Below, piece after piece: positions 49,999-63,672 of a DNA stretch of 64,000 bases. This DNA comes from Callorhinchus milii (lineage: Eukaryota). The notes below the pieces were generated by a model, which made no database searches, had not been told where the DNA came from, and saw only the letters and a list, made by a program, of their open reading frames with translations. Position numbers and translations under genes: made by a program. The stretch is from the NCBI RefSeq assembly GCF_018977255.1, contig NW_024704743.1, forward strand, positions 89,220,001 through 89,284,000, in the 5' to 3' direction. The first letter of the stretch is position 1; every line of letters begins with the position of its first letter.

Positions 49999-50390
49999 TG
50001 ACCCTCAACTATCATTCTTCCCCACATCCGTGCCATGACCCGTTCTGCCTTCCCCCACCTCCGCAACATCGCCCGGCTCCGCCACTATCTCACAACACAG
50101 GCCGCCGAGAGCCTCATACCTGCTTTCATAACATTCAGGCTTGACTATGAAAACTCCCTGTTTGTCAGCCTCCCGCCATAGGCTGCAGATCATCCAGAAC
50201 TCTGGAGCTCGAGTCCTCTGCCGCACCAGCTTCCGTGATCCTATCACCTCATCCTCACCCAACTCCAGTAGCTTCCCATCACACAGAGGATACAGTTCAA
50301 CATCCTGGTCGTCACCTTCAAAGCCCTCCATGGCCTTGCTCGCCCCTACCTCTGCGACCTCTTAACTCCTTACCAACCTGCCCACTCATT
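49999..50390 (+). mobile_element. Continuation of the L2 interrupted by CR1
   Basis: Resumes exactly at tgaccctcaact (D-P-Q-L). Confidence 0.9.
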
Positions 50391-51972
50391 TGTTTTGTTC
50401 AGTAAAAGCGCTGACATCCATGTCCTTGAAGATGAATGAACAGCCTGGCTTTGTCAATATTGGCTTTGAGGCAAGAGGAGTCTGTTTCTAGCCTATCTGA
50501 GTAATTTCCATTCAATATTTTAAGAAATTCTAAATGTAATGTATTTGTTGGACCCACAATGTATTTGTTTCATTCTCACACTTATTTGTTGGTGGAAGAA
50601 TGAATTTTATGAAATACTATTGTTTAGTTACCACAAAAATATCCAAGAACAATCAACCACCCGAGAATGTGTACACGGCAAACCTTAAAGCTGAAATCCC
50701 AGAATCTGCCTTAACAATTATTTATTAGAAAGTGTTGTAAAAAATAATAGCAGTTATTTATCAATGCTTAAAATCTCACAAAAAGTGCAGGCACCATTAT
50801 ATGTTTGCTTTGTAGCACCCTCTACTAACACATCAACTTTGGAAACGATTAACTCTTATTGTTGTCTCTGAATATGAAATTGGAAAATTTCACTTCTGTT
50901 GTACCCATCTCCTCACCAGTGACAATAAATACATAAACAATCCTTCATCTTTGCAACAGTTCAATCTTGTTGGTGTTGTTGCTGTTGTGAAGCACTTCAT
51001 TTTTGCCTCTCCTGAGTCACATAACAGCAGGTGATTATTCTGTGCCATTGAAAGTACTGCTGTCTCTGTTGTTATCATACACTACACTGCAGTTAACTTG
51101 CCCACTAGCCGTATTCCAAAGCCAGGCTCCCTACAGCTATTCACTGCCTGCTTTGTAATGCCAAACTCCCAAGATCCACAACAACTTAATTGTAATTGTA
51201 GATGTAATATTTAGTAAAAACAGGCAGGAAGCTAAACTAGGAACAAGGAAATCAGTATTTTATCTGTAACATTCAATTCACTGGAACTGCATAGGAACAA
51301 TATGGTTAAGGTTTATAATAAAAAGGCCAAATGTTGTTTGTCTACCAGAACAAACCTGACATCTCTTGAGGAAATACTAAATACAGGTGTACTGAGTTTC
51401 TCTATAGATGTTACTGAGTTTATCTACAATTGTTCCTGCCCTCAGTTTGTCAATTGTTTGTCTATGATCCCAACTAACTAAATAATATATTAATTAGGTT
51501 GTTACTTTGCAACCTTGAACTTTGATACATTTTGTAATTTGGTATTTTTGAATACCACTCTTTGATAGTTTAAGGTGCGCTATCTTCATGGATGAGTATT
51601 TTGGAGATTTTGATTTCTTACAGAAGGCAAGGAAGCAAACAAATGTTGTTATTTTTATTGGTGTTAGGTTGATATTTGTTCTATTGTGAATGCACAAGTA
51701 AATCAATGATGCATTTTGACCTGATTTGTGTTTCTTCAATGTGGATTTGCTGATGAACAAAAAAGCTTCATTAGACTTTGTAACAAATAACAGTTAGCAC
51801 TAGCCATTATTTTAAGGTTCTTTATAGCTTAACAAAGCCATCCTATCAGAGTGAGTCAAGAGGATTGTAGCATACAAAGAGGTTTAATTGATGAAAACTT
51901 ACACAAGAACATGGGCATAATAATATGTAACTTGATATAATCTTGTGAAATATAGAAGAACCAGTTATTACA

Positions 51973-53625
51973 AACAAACAAAATCACGTTTGTATAGCGC
52001 CTTTCACGTTGGGAGGATGTCCCAAGGTGCTGGACAATCAGGGTTTCGGACCCGAGCTGGGGTTCGTGATAGGGGAGGACGGAGGGCGGGGGGATAAGGA
52101 GGGTGATCAAAGGCACGGTTGAAGAGGAGGTTCTTGAGACGGGGTTTGAAGAAGGCAATGGAGGGTGTGAGGCCGAGGGACGGAGGGATGGAGATCCAGA
52201 GGGTGACTCCAGAATTCCAGACGGTGGCATTCACAGAACATACTGTGAAGTGAATTGACTGTATATTTGTGGGCGAGATGCGGCAGCCAATTTGGCACAG
52301 CAGTGTCCCATAAACAGTCGTGGATTGAGTGACCAAATTATTACTATTTTTTTTGAAGGATTCTTATCCCCGGAAAAGCGATCCCCCAATTGACTAACAA
52401 CCGGGTTCCTACTTACTGCTAGGTAAACAGAGGTGTGTGGAGTAAGGAAACTTGCCCAACATTTCGCCTTGCTGGGAATAGAACCCAGGTCACTCGATCG
52501 CGAGGTGAGTGCTCTAAACACTAAGCTACAGGACTCCAATGAAGGCTCGTATGAGGGTTTCGGTGGCCTAAGGGGTGAGGCAGTGGTACGAGTCGGCCAA
52601 AGTTGCGGAAGTGGGGGAAGGCAGAATGGGTCATGGCATAGATGTGGAGAGAAAGGACAGTTGTGGGTCAAACAAGATGCCTATGTTCCTGACTGGCTTG
52701 GTGAGGTGGAGTGTGCATCCATGGATGCTGATGCTGCCAATGCCTGAGGTGCTGAGGCACTGGCTTGAGCTAGTCAGGAGAGCCTCATTTTTGTTGACGT
52801 TCAACTGCAGGAAGTTAGCTCTCATCCAGGACTTAATGTCCGATAGGAAGTCTGTGAGGATAGCCATAGTCCTGGAATCGAGGATGGAGGCAGAAAGGTA
52901 GAGTTGAGTGTCATCTGCATACATGTGGAAATTGATCCCATGCCTGCGAATGATGTCACGAAGGGAGAGCATATAGATATTGAAAAGGAGAGGGACAAGG
53001 ACAGAAGCCTGGGGGATGCCACACGTGACAGAGCGGGAGCTGGAGGAAAAGCCGTTAGTGTCGACAAAGTGGTGATGGTGGGAGAGGTAGGATTCGAACA
53101 AGGTAAGGGCAGGTTCACAAATGTTGAGCTGAGAGGAGAGCTGGTGTAGGAGGATAGAATGGTTGATAGTGTTGAAGGCAGCAGAGAGGTCGAGGAGGAT
53201 CTGGAGGCAGAGAGCGCCCTGGTCGCAGATGTTCAGAATGTCATTAGTGACTTTGACCAGGGCTGTTTTTGTGCTGTGGGCATCACAGAAACCCGATTGG
53301 AGGGGTTCAGAGAGGGAATGGTGGGAGAGGAAAGAGCGAAGTTGGAACACGACGACTCATTCAAGTACATTGGAGAGGAATGGGAGGTTGGAGATGGGGC
53401 AATAGTTGGAGAGTAGGGATAGGTCCAGGGAAGGCTTTTTGAGGATGGGGGTGATGACAGCTGTTTTTTGTGGGTGGGAATAGTGCCAGTAGTTAAGGAG
53501 AGATTGGTGATGTTGGTTAAAAGAGGGGCCAGGAGATGGAACTGGGAGGTAAGGAGAGGGATGGGGTCGAGGGAGCAGGTGGTGGGCTTCATTTTTGAAA
53601 TGATGGAGGTGAGGGAAGAGGGAGA
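51973..53625 (-). mobile_element. L2-clade LINE RT and 3' end, interrupted by a SINE
   Basis: [49 protein letters not shown]. Confidence 0.93.
52230..52537 (-). mobile_element. tRNA-derived SINE, long subfamily, tail deleted
   Basis: Head and body present. The tail is missing together with adjacent L2 sequence. Confidence 0.9.
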
Positions 53626-55240
53626 CAACAACAACAACAACAAGATTCCATTTATAGAGCGCCTTTCACGTCAGGAGGACGTCCCAAGGCGCTGCACAGT
53701 TGGGTCATGACCCGAGCAGGGGGGAAATGGTCAGGGTGAGGGGAGGGAAGGGAGGGAGAGAGGAGGGGGGAAATGGTCAGGGTGAGGGGAGGGAAGGGAG
53801 GGAGCGAGGAGGAGGAAGAGAGTCGAGAGGGGAGCTGAAGGCACGGTCAAAGAGAAAGGTTTTGAGACCGGCCTTGAAGGAGGAAAGGGAGGAAGCAAGG
53901 CGAAGGCACTGGGGGATGGAGTTCCAGAGCCTCGGGGCTGAGAGGCTGAAGGCCCGACCACCGATAGTAGGGCGGTTGGGCGGGGACGTGGAGCAGACCG
54001 GAGCCAGAGGAACGGAGGGTACGGGCAGGTAGGTAGGGGGATAGTAGGTTGGAGAGGTAGGAGGGAGCAAGGCCGTGAATGGCCTTGTAGGTGAGGATGA
54101 GGATCTTGAAATCAATCCTCTGGGGGATGGGGAGCCAGTGGAGGCGAGCGAGGGTGGGAGTGATGTGGTCCCGAAGCCTGGTGCGGGACAGTACACGAGC
54201 TGCAGAGTTCTGAATGACCTGCAGCTTGTGGAGGGAGGTGCCGGGAAGGCCGGCGAGGAGAGAGTTCCCATAGTCCAGCCTTGAGGTGACAAAGGCGTGA
54301 ACCAGGGTTTCAGCAGCGTGAGGGGTGAGGTAGTGCCGTAATCTGGCGATATTCCGGAGGTGATGGAAGGCGGTGCCAGTTGTGGTGCGGATGTGAGGGA
54401 GAAAGGACAGCTCAGGGTCGAACAAAACGCCGAGGTTCCTGACTGGCTTTGAGAGGTGGAGAGTGCAGCCTTGGATGCTGATGGTGTCAGCGCCTGAGGT
54501 GCGGAGGCGCTGACGTGAGCCAATCAGGAGGGCCTCGGTTTTTCGCACGTTGAGCTGAAGAAAGTTGTCTCTCGTCCAGGACTCGATGTCGGACAGGCAG
54601 GCTGTCAGGACATCGGTGGTCGTGGAGTTGAGAGTAGAGGAGGAAAGGTAGAGTTGGGTGTCATCCGCATACATGTGGAAGTTAACCCCATGTTTGCGGA
54701 TGATGTCACCGAGGGGGAGCATATAGAGGGTGAAGAGGAGGGGACCGAGGACAGAGCCCTGAGGGACACCACATGAGACAGTACGGGGGGTGGAGGAGAA
54801 GCCATTCGTTGAGACGAAGTGAAGACGGTGGGAAAGGTAAGAGCTAAACCATTCAAGGACAGTGCCTTGAAGGTTGAGGTGGGAGGACAAGCGGTGGAGT
54901 AGGATAGCGTGGTCGACCGTATCGAATGCTGCCGATAGGTCGAGGAGGACGAGGAGACAGAGGGAGCCCTGGTCACAGATAGTCAGGATATCATTGGTGA
55001 CCTTGACCAGGGCAGTTTCTGTGCTATGAGCAGCACGGAAACCTGACTGAAGGGGTTCAAAAAGAGAATGGGTGGAGAGGAAAGAGCGCAGTTGGGAGGC
55101 GACAACTCTTTCCAAGACCTTGGAGAGAAAGGGGAGGTTGGAGATGGGCCGGTAGCTTGAGACACAGGGTCAAAGGTGTTTAGGGAGGGATGGGTGGGGC
55201 GCAGGGTGTGAGTGGGAGGTGGCGAGGGGGTAGTGATCTC
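53626..55240 (-). mobile_element. Young L2-clade LINE, 5'-truncated, with long open RT frame
   Basis: 422-aa ORF 53847-55115 with [37 protein letters not shown] and YADD. CpG-rich, (TTG)n tail. Confidence 0.97.
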
Positions 55241-56239
55241 ATAAAATAAAAGCATTCTCATCTCTGCTATTATTAGCATCATCTTTGTAAAGTATGTGCC
55301 CTTATTACTCCCACAAAGCTGTTTGAACAGTTTATGCATGTAGATTTTCAGCAGATCAACAGTGAACGAAGAGGGATATAAAAAGTGCAAGTCAAAATCT
55401 GTATTCACAAAGGATTTGTTTATATTTAATCCAGCCAATACCATTGATCCGTTAACTCCACTCTCATCCAATCTCTTTAAGACATGCATCAAAACAACAT
55501 TGTAGTGGGTCAGGTGAGGCATATCTGGTAGGATTCAGTATTTACAAATCTCTTCTGAATCCGGATTGACACTCCTGCACTTTAGATTCCACCCAGTGTC
55601 AAACTTCCATACCGATCCACACTAAATGCCAAGCAACAGTAATGACATTTAATCTTCTCACAACCTGGGCTTTCATTGTAAAACTGAAATCCCCTTCCAG
55701 ATCAGAATTTGATTCTGCAATGTGCTATCAGAAAAACTTAGTGATGTAAGGATGTCTCATCCAAATCAATTTGCACTGGATCTACTGAGAAGAATAGGTG
55801 TACTCATCTCATTGCTCTAGGTGGAGCAAAGTTATATAAAGGAGTTTATTTTTATAAGGGAATCTCTTGGGTTCAGTAATGACTAAATGCCCAAAAGGTC
55901 TTGTCTTAATCTAGTGAAACAAGACTTTTATCACTGATAATTCCTTGTGAAGAGCAGCTTCATTGCTTAATCTGATGATTGACTGACTGACTGACCTAGA
56001 AAATGTTAACTGGGTCAGTTAGTTTTAACTCCTGTAATCACTTTTCATTGAAGAAATCATGTTTTTAGTACTTGGTGTGAAATGGAAATCCCAAATACAA
56101 TGTGCAGTTCATGAAGTAGGCAGAGAGAAGTTATTAGTTTACAGTTGCAGGAAATTCAGCCTACAGCATAGGCCAGGGCATCATAAGCAGGGCAGCAGCA
56201 GATAGAAATTATGTGATTGGGTAAAGGTACTATTTCATC

Positions 56240-56832
56240 ACTTCGCAGCTCGACTACACCAACTGCCTGCTTGCTCGACTTCTCAACTCTTCCCTCCAGA
56301 AGGTACAGATTACTCAAAACTGTCCCATTTTGAGAGCACCTCTCCTGCACCAGGCTCCACGAACCAATCACCACCATTCTTACCCGGCTTCACTGGCTAC
56401 CCATCCCTCAGAGAATCGAGTAAAACACCCTCGTTCTCACCTTCAAAGCCCTCCATGGTCTTGCTCCCCCCTACCTCTCCGACTTCCTAACCCCATATCA
56501 GCCTGCCTGCTCTCTCCGCTCAGCGGTCACTGGCCTGCTCCAGATCCCTTGCATTGGTGGTCTGGCATTCAGCATCTCTGCCCCCATGCTCTGGAACTCT
56601 ATGCCACAATCCCTCCACCTCACCCCCTCTATTTCCTCCTTCAAGTCCCGTTTTAAGACTTTCCTCTTTGACTTTACCCACGGTCACTCTCCTACCCCTA
56701 CCCCCCACTGCCCTCCACCCCTCCTGACCCCAACTCCCAGCTCAGGTCCAAAAATTTCTGACTGTCCAGCACCCTGGGGTATCTCTATGACATGAAGGGC
56801 ACTATACAAGAGTAATTTGTTGTGGTTATTGT
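56240..56832 (+). mobile_element. L2-clade LINE 3' fragment
   Basis: LWNSMPQSLHL...SFKSRFKTFLF with a degenerate TTG tail. Confidence 0.88.
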
Positions 56833-57355
56833 ATAAAAACAGAAGCACAGTTATCACGGGGCAGATAACCAACATGATGGAGTAAAATTTGAGTTGGATA
56901 ATTTTATGTCTGTGTTAGTTATTCCCACTATTTGCAGTGTTCATGGTGAACCGATTGCAACCCATTTGTGAAGTCCAATACCAAACAGTAAGATGCATTT
57001 GTGATACAAAGGGGAAGCGGCTGCAGGGAGGGAGGGCTCCGGTCTTCACTGACCTGTTGCTGAACACCCTGGAGGCGGAGTCAGTTTCACAACAGGAACA
57101 TCTATTTGCCAAGGGGACCTGAATTAAACTAGCGCTGAGTAAGGCTGGTATGTGGCATTGGATTTGGGCCTCTAGAACATTAAGATGCTGCTCACAAAGA
57201 AACAAGAAACTCATAGGGAGTTCCTGGTAACTGCCATCCATCAAGTGAGGGCGCAAACTTGTGTTTGTTGGATGTCAAATGATCAACTGTTAACTCTTGT
57301 CCTAGGGAAGGGGAGGTAAACGGGCACTCCCTCAGCCCACAAATGTTTTCTCCTA

Positions 57356-58248
57356 ACAAAAGACAAATACTGCAGCATCTGGAAATCTGAAATAAAAACA
57401 GAAGTCGCTGGGAACGCTCAGCAGGTCAGGCATCGTCTATGGAGAGAGGAAAGTCAGTAAACGTTTTAGCTCAATAACCTTTCATCAGAACCGCGGTGTG
57501 TTGGAAGGGAGCAGTTTATAAGGAAAAACAGAGAAGGGTGCGGAGAAAGAAAGACAAAGGAAAAATTAGGTGGAGCACAGACGTTGATGAGATCAGAGGT
57601 GTTGGTGATGCAAGACAAAAGAAGGTAATAGTGGGAGATTAGAGGAAGAAAAGATGTGTCTGAGACCCAGAAGATGTCTGAATTTTTATAGAAGAGGGTG
57701 AGGGGGAAGGCAAGGCGAGAAGATGGGAACCATGGTTAAGGTTTGAAGTGGTTAAAGTCAATGTTGAGGTCAGGGGGCTGTAAGGGGCCTAGGATGTAGA
57801 TGAGGTGCTGTTCCTCGAGCTTGTGTTGTGCTTCATGGGAACAGCATAGGAGACCTTGGACAGAGAGGTCAGAGTCAGATTGGGAAGGAGAAATAAAGTG
57901 GCAAGCGACTGAAACTCAGGGTTGCACTTGTGGATGGAACGGAGGTGTTTGGCAAAGCAATCACCCATTCTGTGTTTGGTTTCCTTGTTGTAGAGGAGAC
58001 CATATTGTGAGCAGTGAATACAGTATACTAGGTTGGTGGAAGTACATGTAAACCACTTTCTCACCTGGAAGCAGTGTTTGTGGTCCTGGACAGTGGTATG
58101 GGAGGAGGTGAAAGGGCAGGTATAATCTCCTGCCCTGGCATGGGAAGGTGCCGGGGGAAGGATATCAGGTGTTGGTGGTAATGGAGGAGTGGACCAGGGA
58201 GTCATGGAGGGAACAGTCCTTTCGGAGTGCTGAGAGGGGAGGGAAAGA
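57356..58248 (-). mobile_element. Penelope-like element 3' part (GIY-YIG endonuclease relic and pseudo-LTR)
   Basis: ORF 57789-58205 FTCTSTNLVYCIHCSQYGLLYNKETKHRMGDCFAKHLRSI matches the Penelope GIY-YIG pattern (VYxIxCxxCGLLYIGET-R-L--RF-EH). Terminus homologous to 5579-5690. Confidence 0.9.
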
Positions 58249-58889
58249 GATCTTTGTGTGCAAAGATAAAAGCTTAAAAATCCCTAAACTGCAGGAGTGT
58301 TTACAGTGGAAAGTGGTTGAGTATTATCACCTGAAATTCAGCATATGTTTTTACATAATGTGATAATTATTATAGACACAATGAGTCTTACCGCAACAGT
58401 TCATTGCTAATGATTACACAGTTATTACTATTGATTGGTGATGGAATCACACTGGAGGTGGTAGAAATACAATACCAAATTACATTTGTATAATTTTTCA
58501 TGTTGGGAGGATGCCCCAAGGCGCCGGGAAATAGCAGAGGATTATTTGTTGTTCGTTTGTTTTCTCCTACTCCACATTGAAGCCTCCACTTTGCCTAAGA
58601 ACTCATTGTTGGGGCTTCAATTTTGGTGTATTAAGCTATTCGACCAAAAATAATACTTACCACACTCATCAAGAACTACAAAGTTTAAAAAATAAAATCT
58701 GACTTCAAAAAAATGGCAGTGATGAAGGTTGGAGCATGCGAGAAGGTGTGCGGCGGGAGGGGAATCTGCCACCTTGTGGCCATTTAGTCTATTACTGCAG
58801 GTTTCGTAGGAATCCAGCAATGTTGGGTTCATGCCAAACATTGAAAATTATGATGATAATTAACCCTCATGTAAAATTAACTCCCTTTT

Positions 58890-59102
58890 CTTTTCAAATA
58901 ATACCATAAGATCTTTAACGTCCACCTGAACAGACAGCTGGGACCTTAGGTTAACATCTGATCCGAAGCACAGCACTGACAATGCAGCATGCATACCCAT
59001 GGGATTGCACCTGAATATCAGTATAGACTATATGAGTTCTAGTGTGAGACTTGAACCGCTTTTAACTCAGAGACTAGAGTGCTACTGATTTAGCCAGACT
59101 AA
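58890..59102 (-). mobile_element. Deu-domain SINE, old
   Basis: Reverse complement of ttcggatcagatgttaacctaaggtcccagctgtctgttcaggtggacgttaaagatc. Confidence 0.75.
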
Positions 59103-59291
59103 CATAGGATATCATAAGGCACTATGTCAAATGCAGGTATTATTTTAATATAAAGTTTGTTGATAACTAAAGAATGGCTACGCATTCCTCCTTCAATTCT
59201 ATTGCATTGGTTTAATCCAAAGTTTACCCACACCATCATTTGACTTGCGAACCCACAGCATTAGAGTACCAGTTATAGATATCAGTTTACA

Positions 59292-60897
59292 GCAACAACA
59301 AAATAACATTTGTATATCGCCTTTCACATCAGGAAGACTTTCTAAGGTGCTGGACAGACAAGGTTTCGGACCCGAGCTGGGAGTCAGGATCGGGGAGGGT
59401 GGAGGGCAGGGGGGAAGCAGGGAGATCGAAAGCACGGTCGTAGAAGAGGGACTTAAGATTGGTCTTGAAGGAGGCAAGGGAGGGGGCGAGGTGGAGGGTC
59501 TGTGAGATTGAGTTCCGGAGGGTGGGGCAGAGTGGCAGAAGGCCCGCCCACCAGTAGTGGGGTGAGCAAGGCAGGGGACGTGAAGCAGGCCAGAGCCCGC
59601 TGAGCGGAGGGAGTGAGCAGGAGGGTCGGGGATTAGGAGGTAGCAGAGGTAGGGGGGAGCAAAACCATGGAGAGCTTTAAAAGTGAGGACCAGGATCTTG
59701 AACTGTATACTCTGTGTGTTGGGAAGCCAGTGAAGTTGGGAGAGGATGGGGGTGATAGGGTCACAGAGCCTGGGGTGGGAGAGGACAGGGGCTGCAGAGT
59801 TCTGAATGATCTGCTGCCTATGCAGGGAGGAGTTGGGGAGGCCGACAAGCAGGTGTTTGCATAGTCAAGCCTCGATGTGTAGAAAGTATGTATGAGGGTT
59901 TTGGCGCCCAGTGGTGTGAAACAGCGGTGGAGCCGGGCGATGTTGCGGTGGTGGGGGAAGGCAGAGCGGGTCATGGCACAGATGTGGTGTAGAAAGGATA
60001 GTTGAGGGTCAAACAAGATGCCAAGGTTCCGGACTGGCTTAGCAGGGTGGAGTGTGGAACCATGGATGGTGATGCTGTCAGTGCCCAAGTTGAGGAGGCG
60101 CTGATGGGAGCCAATCAGGAGGGCCTCGGTCTTGTTGACGTTCAACTGAAGAAAGTTAGCTCTCATCCAGGACTTGATGTCTGACAGACATTCTATCAGT
60201 CAGCAGTGGTCCTGGAGTCAAGGGTGGAGGCAGAGAGATACAGTTGGGTGTCATCCGCATACATGTGAAAGTCGACCCCTGAAGAGGAGGGGACCAAGGA
60301 CAGAGCCTTGAGGAACACTGCATGAGACGATGCGGGGGCTAGAGGAGAAACTCTTTGTGGAGATGAAGTGAAGGCAGTGTGAGAGGTATGATCTGATCCA
60401 GTCAAGGACAGAGCCGTGAGATTGAGGTGAGAGGATAGGCAATGGATGAGGACAGCGTGGTCAACGGTGTTGAAGGCAGCAGAGAGGTCAAGGAGGATGA
60501 GGAGGCAGAGGGAGCCCTGGTCGCAGATGGACAGAATGTCATTTGTCACTTTGACCAGGGCTGTTTCTGTGTTGTGGGCGGCATGGAAACCCGATTGGAG
60601 GGGTTCATGAAGGGAGTGGCGGGAGAGGAAATAGCAAAGCTGGAAAGCAACAACTCATTCCATGACCTCGGAGAGGAAAGGGAGGTTGGAGATGGAGCTG
60701 TAGTTTGGGAGTAGAGATGGGTCCAGGAATGGNTTTTTAAAGATAGGAGTGATGACGCCGTTTTTTAGTTGGGTGGGAACTGTACCAGTGGACAGGGAGA
60801 GGTTTATGATGTCTGTGAGTAGAGCGACAAGGAGGTTGAGCTGGGAGATAAGGAGAGGGGTAGGGATGGGGTCGAGGGAGCAGGTGTTCAGTTTCAT
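59292..60897 (-). mobile_element. L2-clade LINE RT and 3' end
   Basis: [42 protein letters not shown], (TTG)n tail. One N at 60733. Confidence 0.94.
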
Positions 60898-63494
60898 GCG
60901 GGAAGTTTAACACAACAAAATGAATAAGAGTGGTACCCCATGTTCTGGCACTCCAATGATGTGACTGGCAAATCAAATGATGGACTTTGGGACATTGGAC
61001 GTACAGTATTTGTGAATGGGGTATCTGTTCACGGCCAATCTTTAGTTATTGACTATCTAACTGTTGATTGGCTTCATTGATCACATTTATTAATAATATG
61101 ATAATTATTACCATTGAGTCTTACCCCAACAGTTCATTGCTAATCTACAGTGATTACTATTTATTACATTATATGGAAACCTGCAGAGCAACCTCTTGTC
61201 ATTCCATTCTATTTAAGTAGCAGAGAATAAGTACCACTGTATATGTATTGTCTTTATTGGGGAATTGAATCCAGGTAGTTTGATTTAGTCCGTCATTCCA
61301 AAGGGAAATTCTTTTTTTATTGCTTCTCAATCAATAATTTCTTCCTCTAAACTGAAACTTACATTTTATTCTAAGATTACAAGAGTTGTTCTGGTGATAA
61401 ATGTACAATACTATTGCCTGCTACTCGAATTTCCGACTTTTCTGATGCCATTTGATACTCAGCAAAGTGTTGCCTGCACTTACTTTTTTTGATATGGCTT
61501 TGAAACAACTCTTAATTGAATTGAAATACCTCTTCAAGTCATAAGTAGCTAGTAATAGAGATATAGAGGAGAACGAAGCTGATGAATAGCTAACACCCCA
61601 TCACTTGTTAAAGTATCATTTGAGGATATCTTTAATTAAGTTAGTGCAACATTGCATTCAGAACACAGTAGTGCATCTTCAAACATGGTGATTGAATACA
61701 TTGCAGTTAGCGATGCACATGCACATTAAGAACATTAATGTTACATACTTGTTTGTGCAACTTCATACAAAAAGTTGTTCATTTCTTGGAGGGTAAACAT
61801 GTGACATTTTATGAAACTTACATTAAATCTGATATCAAATCATGGAATTTCATGGTTTCAGCTCCAAAAAGTCCTGCAGATTTGGGACAATGGAGCTTTT
61901 TCAAAAAGATTTTGTTTGCGATATTTATTCAGAGTGTCTGAGGTAAAACTATATTTATCATTTTACAGGCAGAATCCAAAACTGTTTTTGTAGGATGTCA
62001 GCAGAATTACACTCCTATCCTATAATTAGTTGGTGAAAGTCACTGTTCTTCCTCTATTTTGGGAAGCACAGAGATCTTTGTGTGCTATAAAGCTTGAAAA
62101 TCCCTAAACTGCAGGAGTGTTTAGAGCGGAAATCAGTCGAGTATTAGTACCTGAAATTCTGCAGATTATCAAATAAAATGTCACAAACTTCATCCCATTT
62201 TATTTTGCTATTTGCTGAAGTCTTTTACTTTTTCAATTTGATTTATAAAGGCTTTCCTTGAATTTCGTTAATTCTCTTTCTTATTTCTTAGTACAGCACT
62301 CTACATCTTATTATGTGTTGTATGTGGACAGTTCCTTAGATGGAACCTTGCTTTGGGTGGCTGCACAATGTGTCTAAAGGCGCATTGAGACTAGGCTATT
62401 ATCATCATTTCATGCTTTCAAAGAATTGTGACAAGATGTTCTTGATGTAACTTGTATTTCATTGTATTGAGCTTCATTTCTCCAGCAATCAAAACTGTAC
62501 AAACTAACAATGTTCTTAACGGTACATAAAGTTCTCCCCCCATAAAGTGATAGCTCTAAAATGCGTGATAATGTAAGATCCTATTGAGTTGTAATTACTT
62601 CACCCTTTCCTCAAAGGTGTAAGAATTTAAAGGATTAGGCACAAATTTACAGTACACAGTAGAAATATAGATGTTTTGCCAAAAGGGATTACGATGGGCC
62701 AAAAAGGAGCAATGAATGTGTTTATGGATGTGAAGCTAGACATCTACATGATCCAAATGGTTAGGGAACCTACAGATAGAGGGACAACACAATACATATT
62801 AGGTAACAGTCAGGATGGCACATCAGGGTCACAAAGTAAAAAATACTGTATTTGCATTCGACCTTAATATGTTTTAATAACAGGTTTACAATAGAGAATG
62901 AGCGCTCACTACAGACCCTTAATTTAGGAAAGCAAACTTTGAGGGAATGAAAAAGGAATGCAGCTTTACTATAAGATGGTTTTGGAGTCAATAAAATCTC
63001 AATCTGCATTGTGGCAAGCTTCACTGCACATGCACACACTCCCCATCCAATTCCTTAAAAAAGATTGATATCACTTCCTGTGTACTGCATATGCGCAATG
63101 TGCAGGAAGTGATGTTGGCTATGATTCTGAGTCTCAGGAGTTGGCCATTTTTAATGGGGGAACCAACCGGCGTGTTGGGAAGCGAGCCATCAAGTGTGTG
63201 CAATGAATGGGGTCCATACCCTGAACTAGAGCTGTAAAACAACAACAACTTGCATTTGGATAGTGCAATTCACACAGGTAGCATCTCAAAATGGTTGAGA
63301 AGGGCTACACTGTATTTTTTGAAACAGAAAAATTATGTGTTAGTACAAGGTCATAACTTATTGGTGGAGGTTATTGGTTAGTGGTTTTGTTATTTTGGTA
63401 TTGCAAAATGATCATTCCAAGATTAACAGGGTTACATTTTTGATACCTTTCCTTCCCTCCCCCTTTGGATGTTGTGCTTATTCAGGTTGGGATG

Positions 63495-63672
63495 TTAAAT
63501 TGGTCACTTCAATCCACGACTGTTTGTGGGACACTGCTGTGTGCAATTGGTTGGCGCATTGCACCACAAAATATACAGTCAATTCACTTTACAGTATATT
63601 CTATGAAGCACTTTGAGACGTCTCAAAGACTAGATAAGACGCTATATCAAATGCAAGGATTATTATTATTAC
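63495..63672 (+). mobile_element. SINE 3' part
   Basis: Body and tail homologous to 8800-8971. Confidence 0.88.

Noticed and set aside
53847..55115. 422-aa ORF as a host gene
   Set aside because: It is L2 reverse transcriptase, 5'-truncated, without an ATG start and frameshifted near the C-terminus.
55812..55830. CTCF-like motif (ctctaggtggagc)
   Set aside because: A single partial match, expected by chance in 64 kb.
60733..60733. Ambiguous base N
   Set aside because: Assembly artefact inside an L2 copy, with no biological meaning.
62620..62990. Possible CR1 endonuclease relic (QMVREPT...)
   Set aside because: Too decayed to bound or assign confidently by eye.
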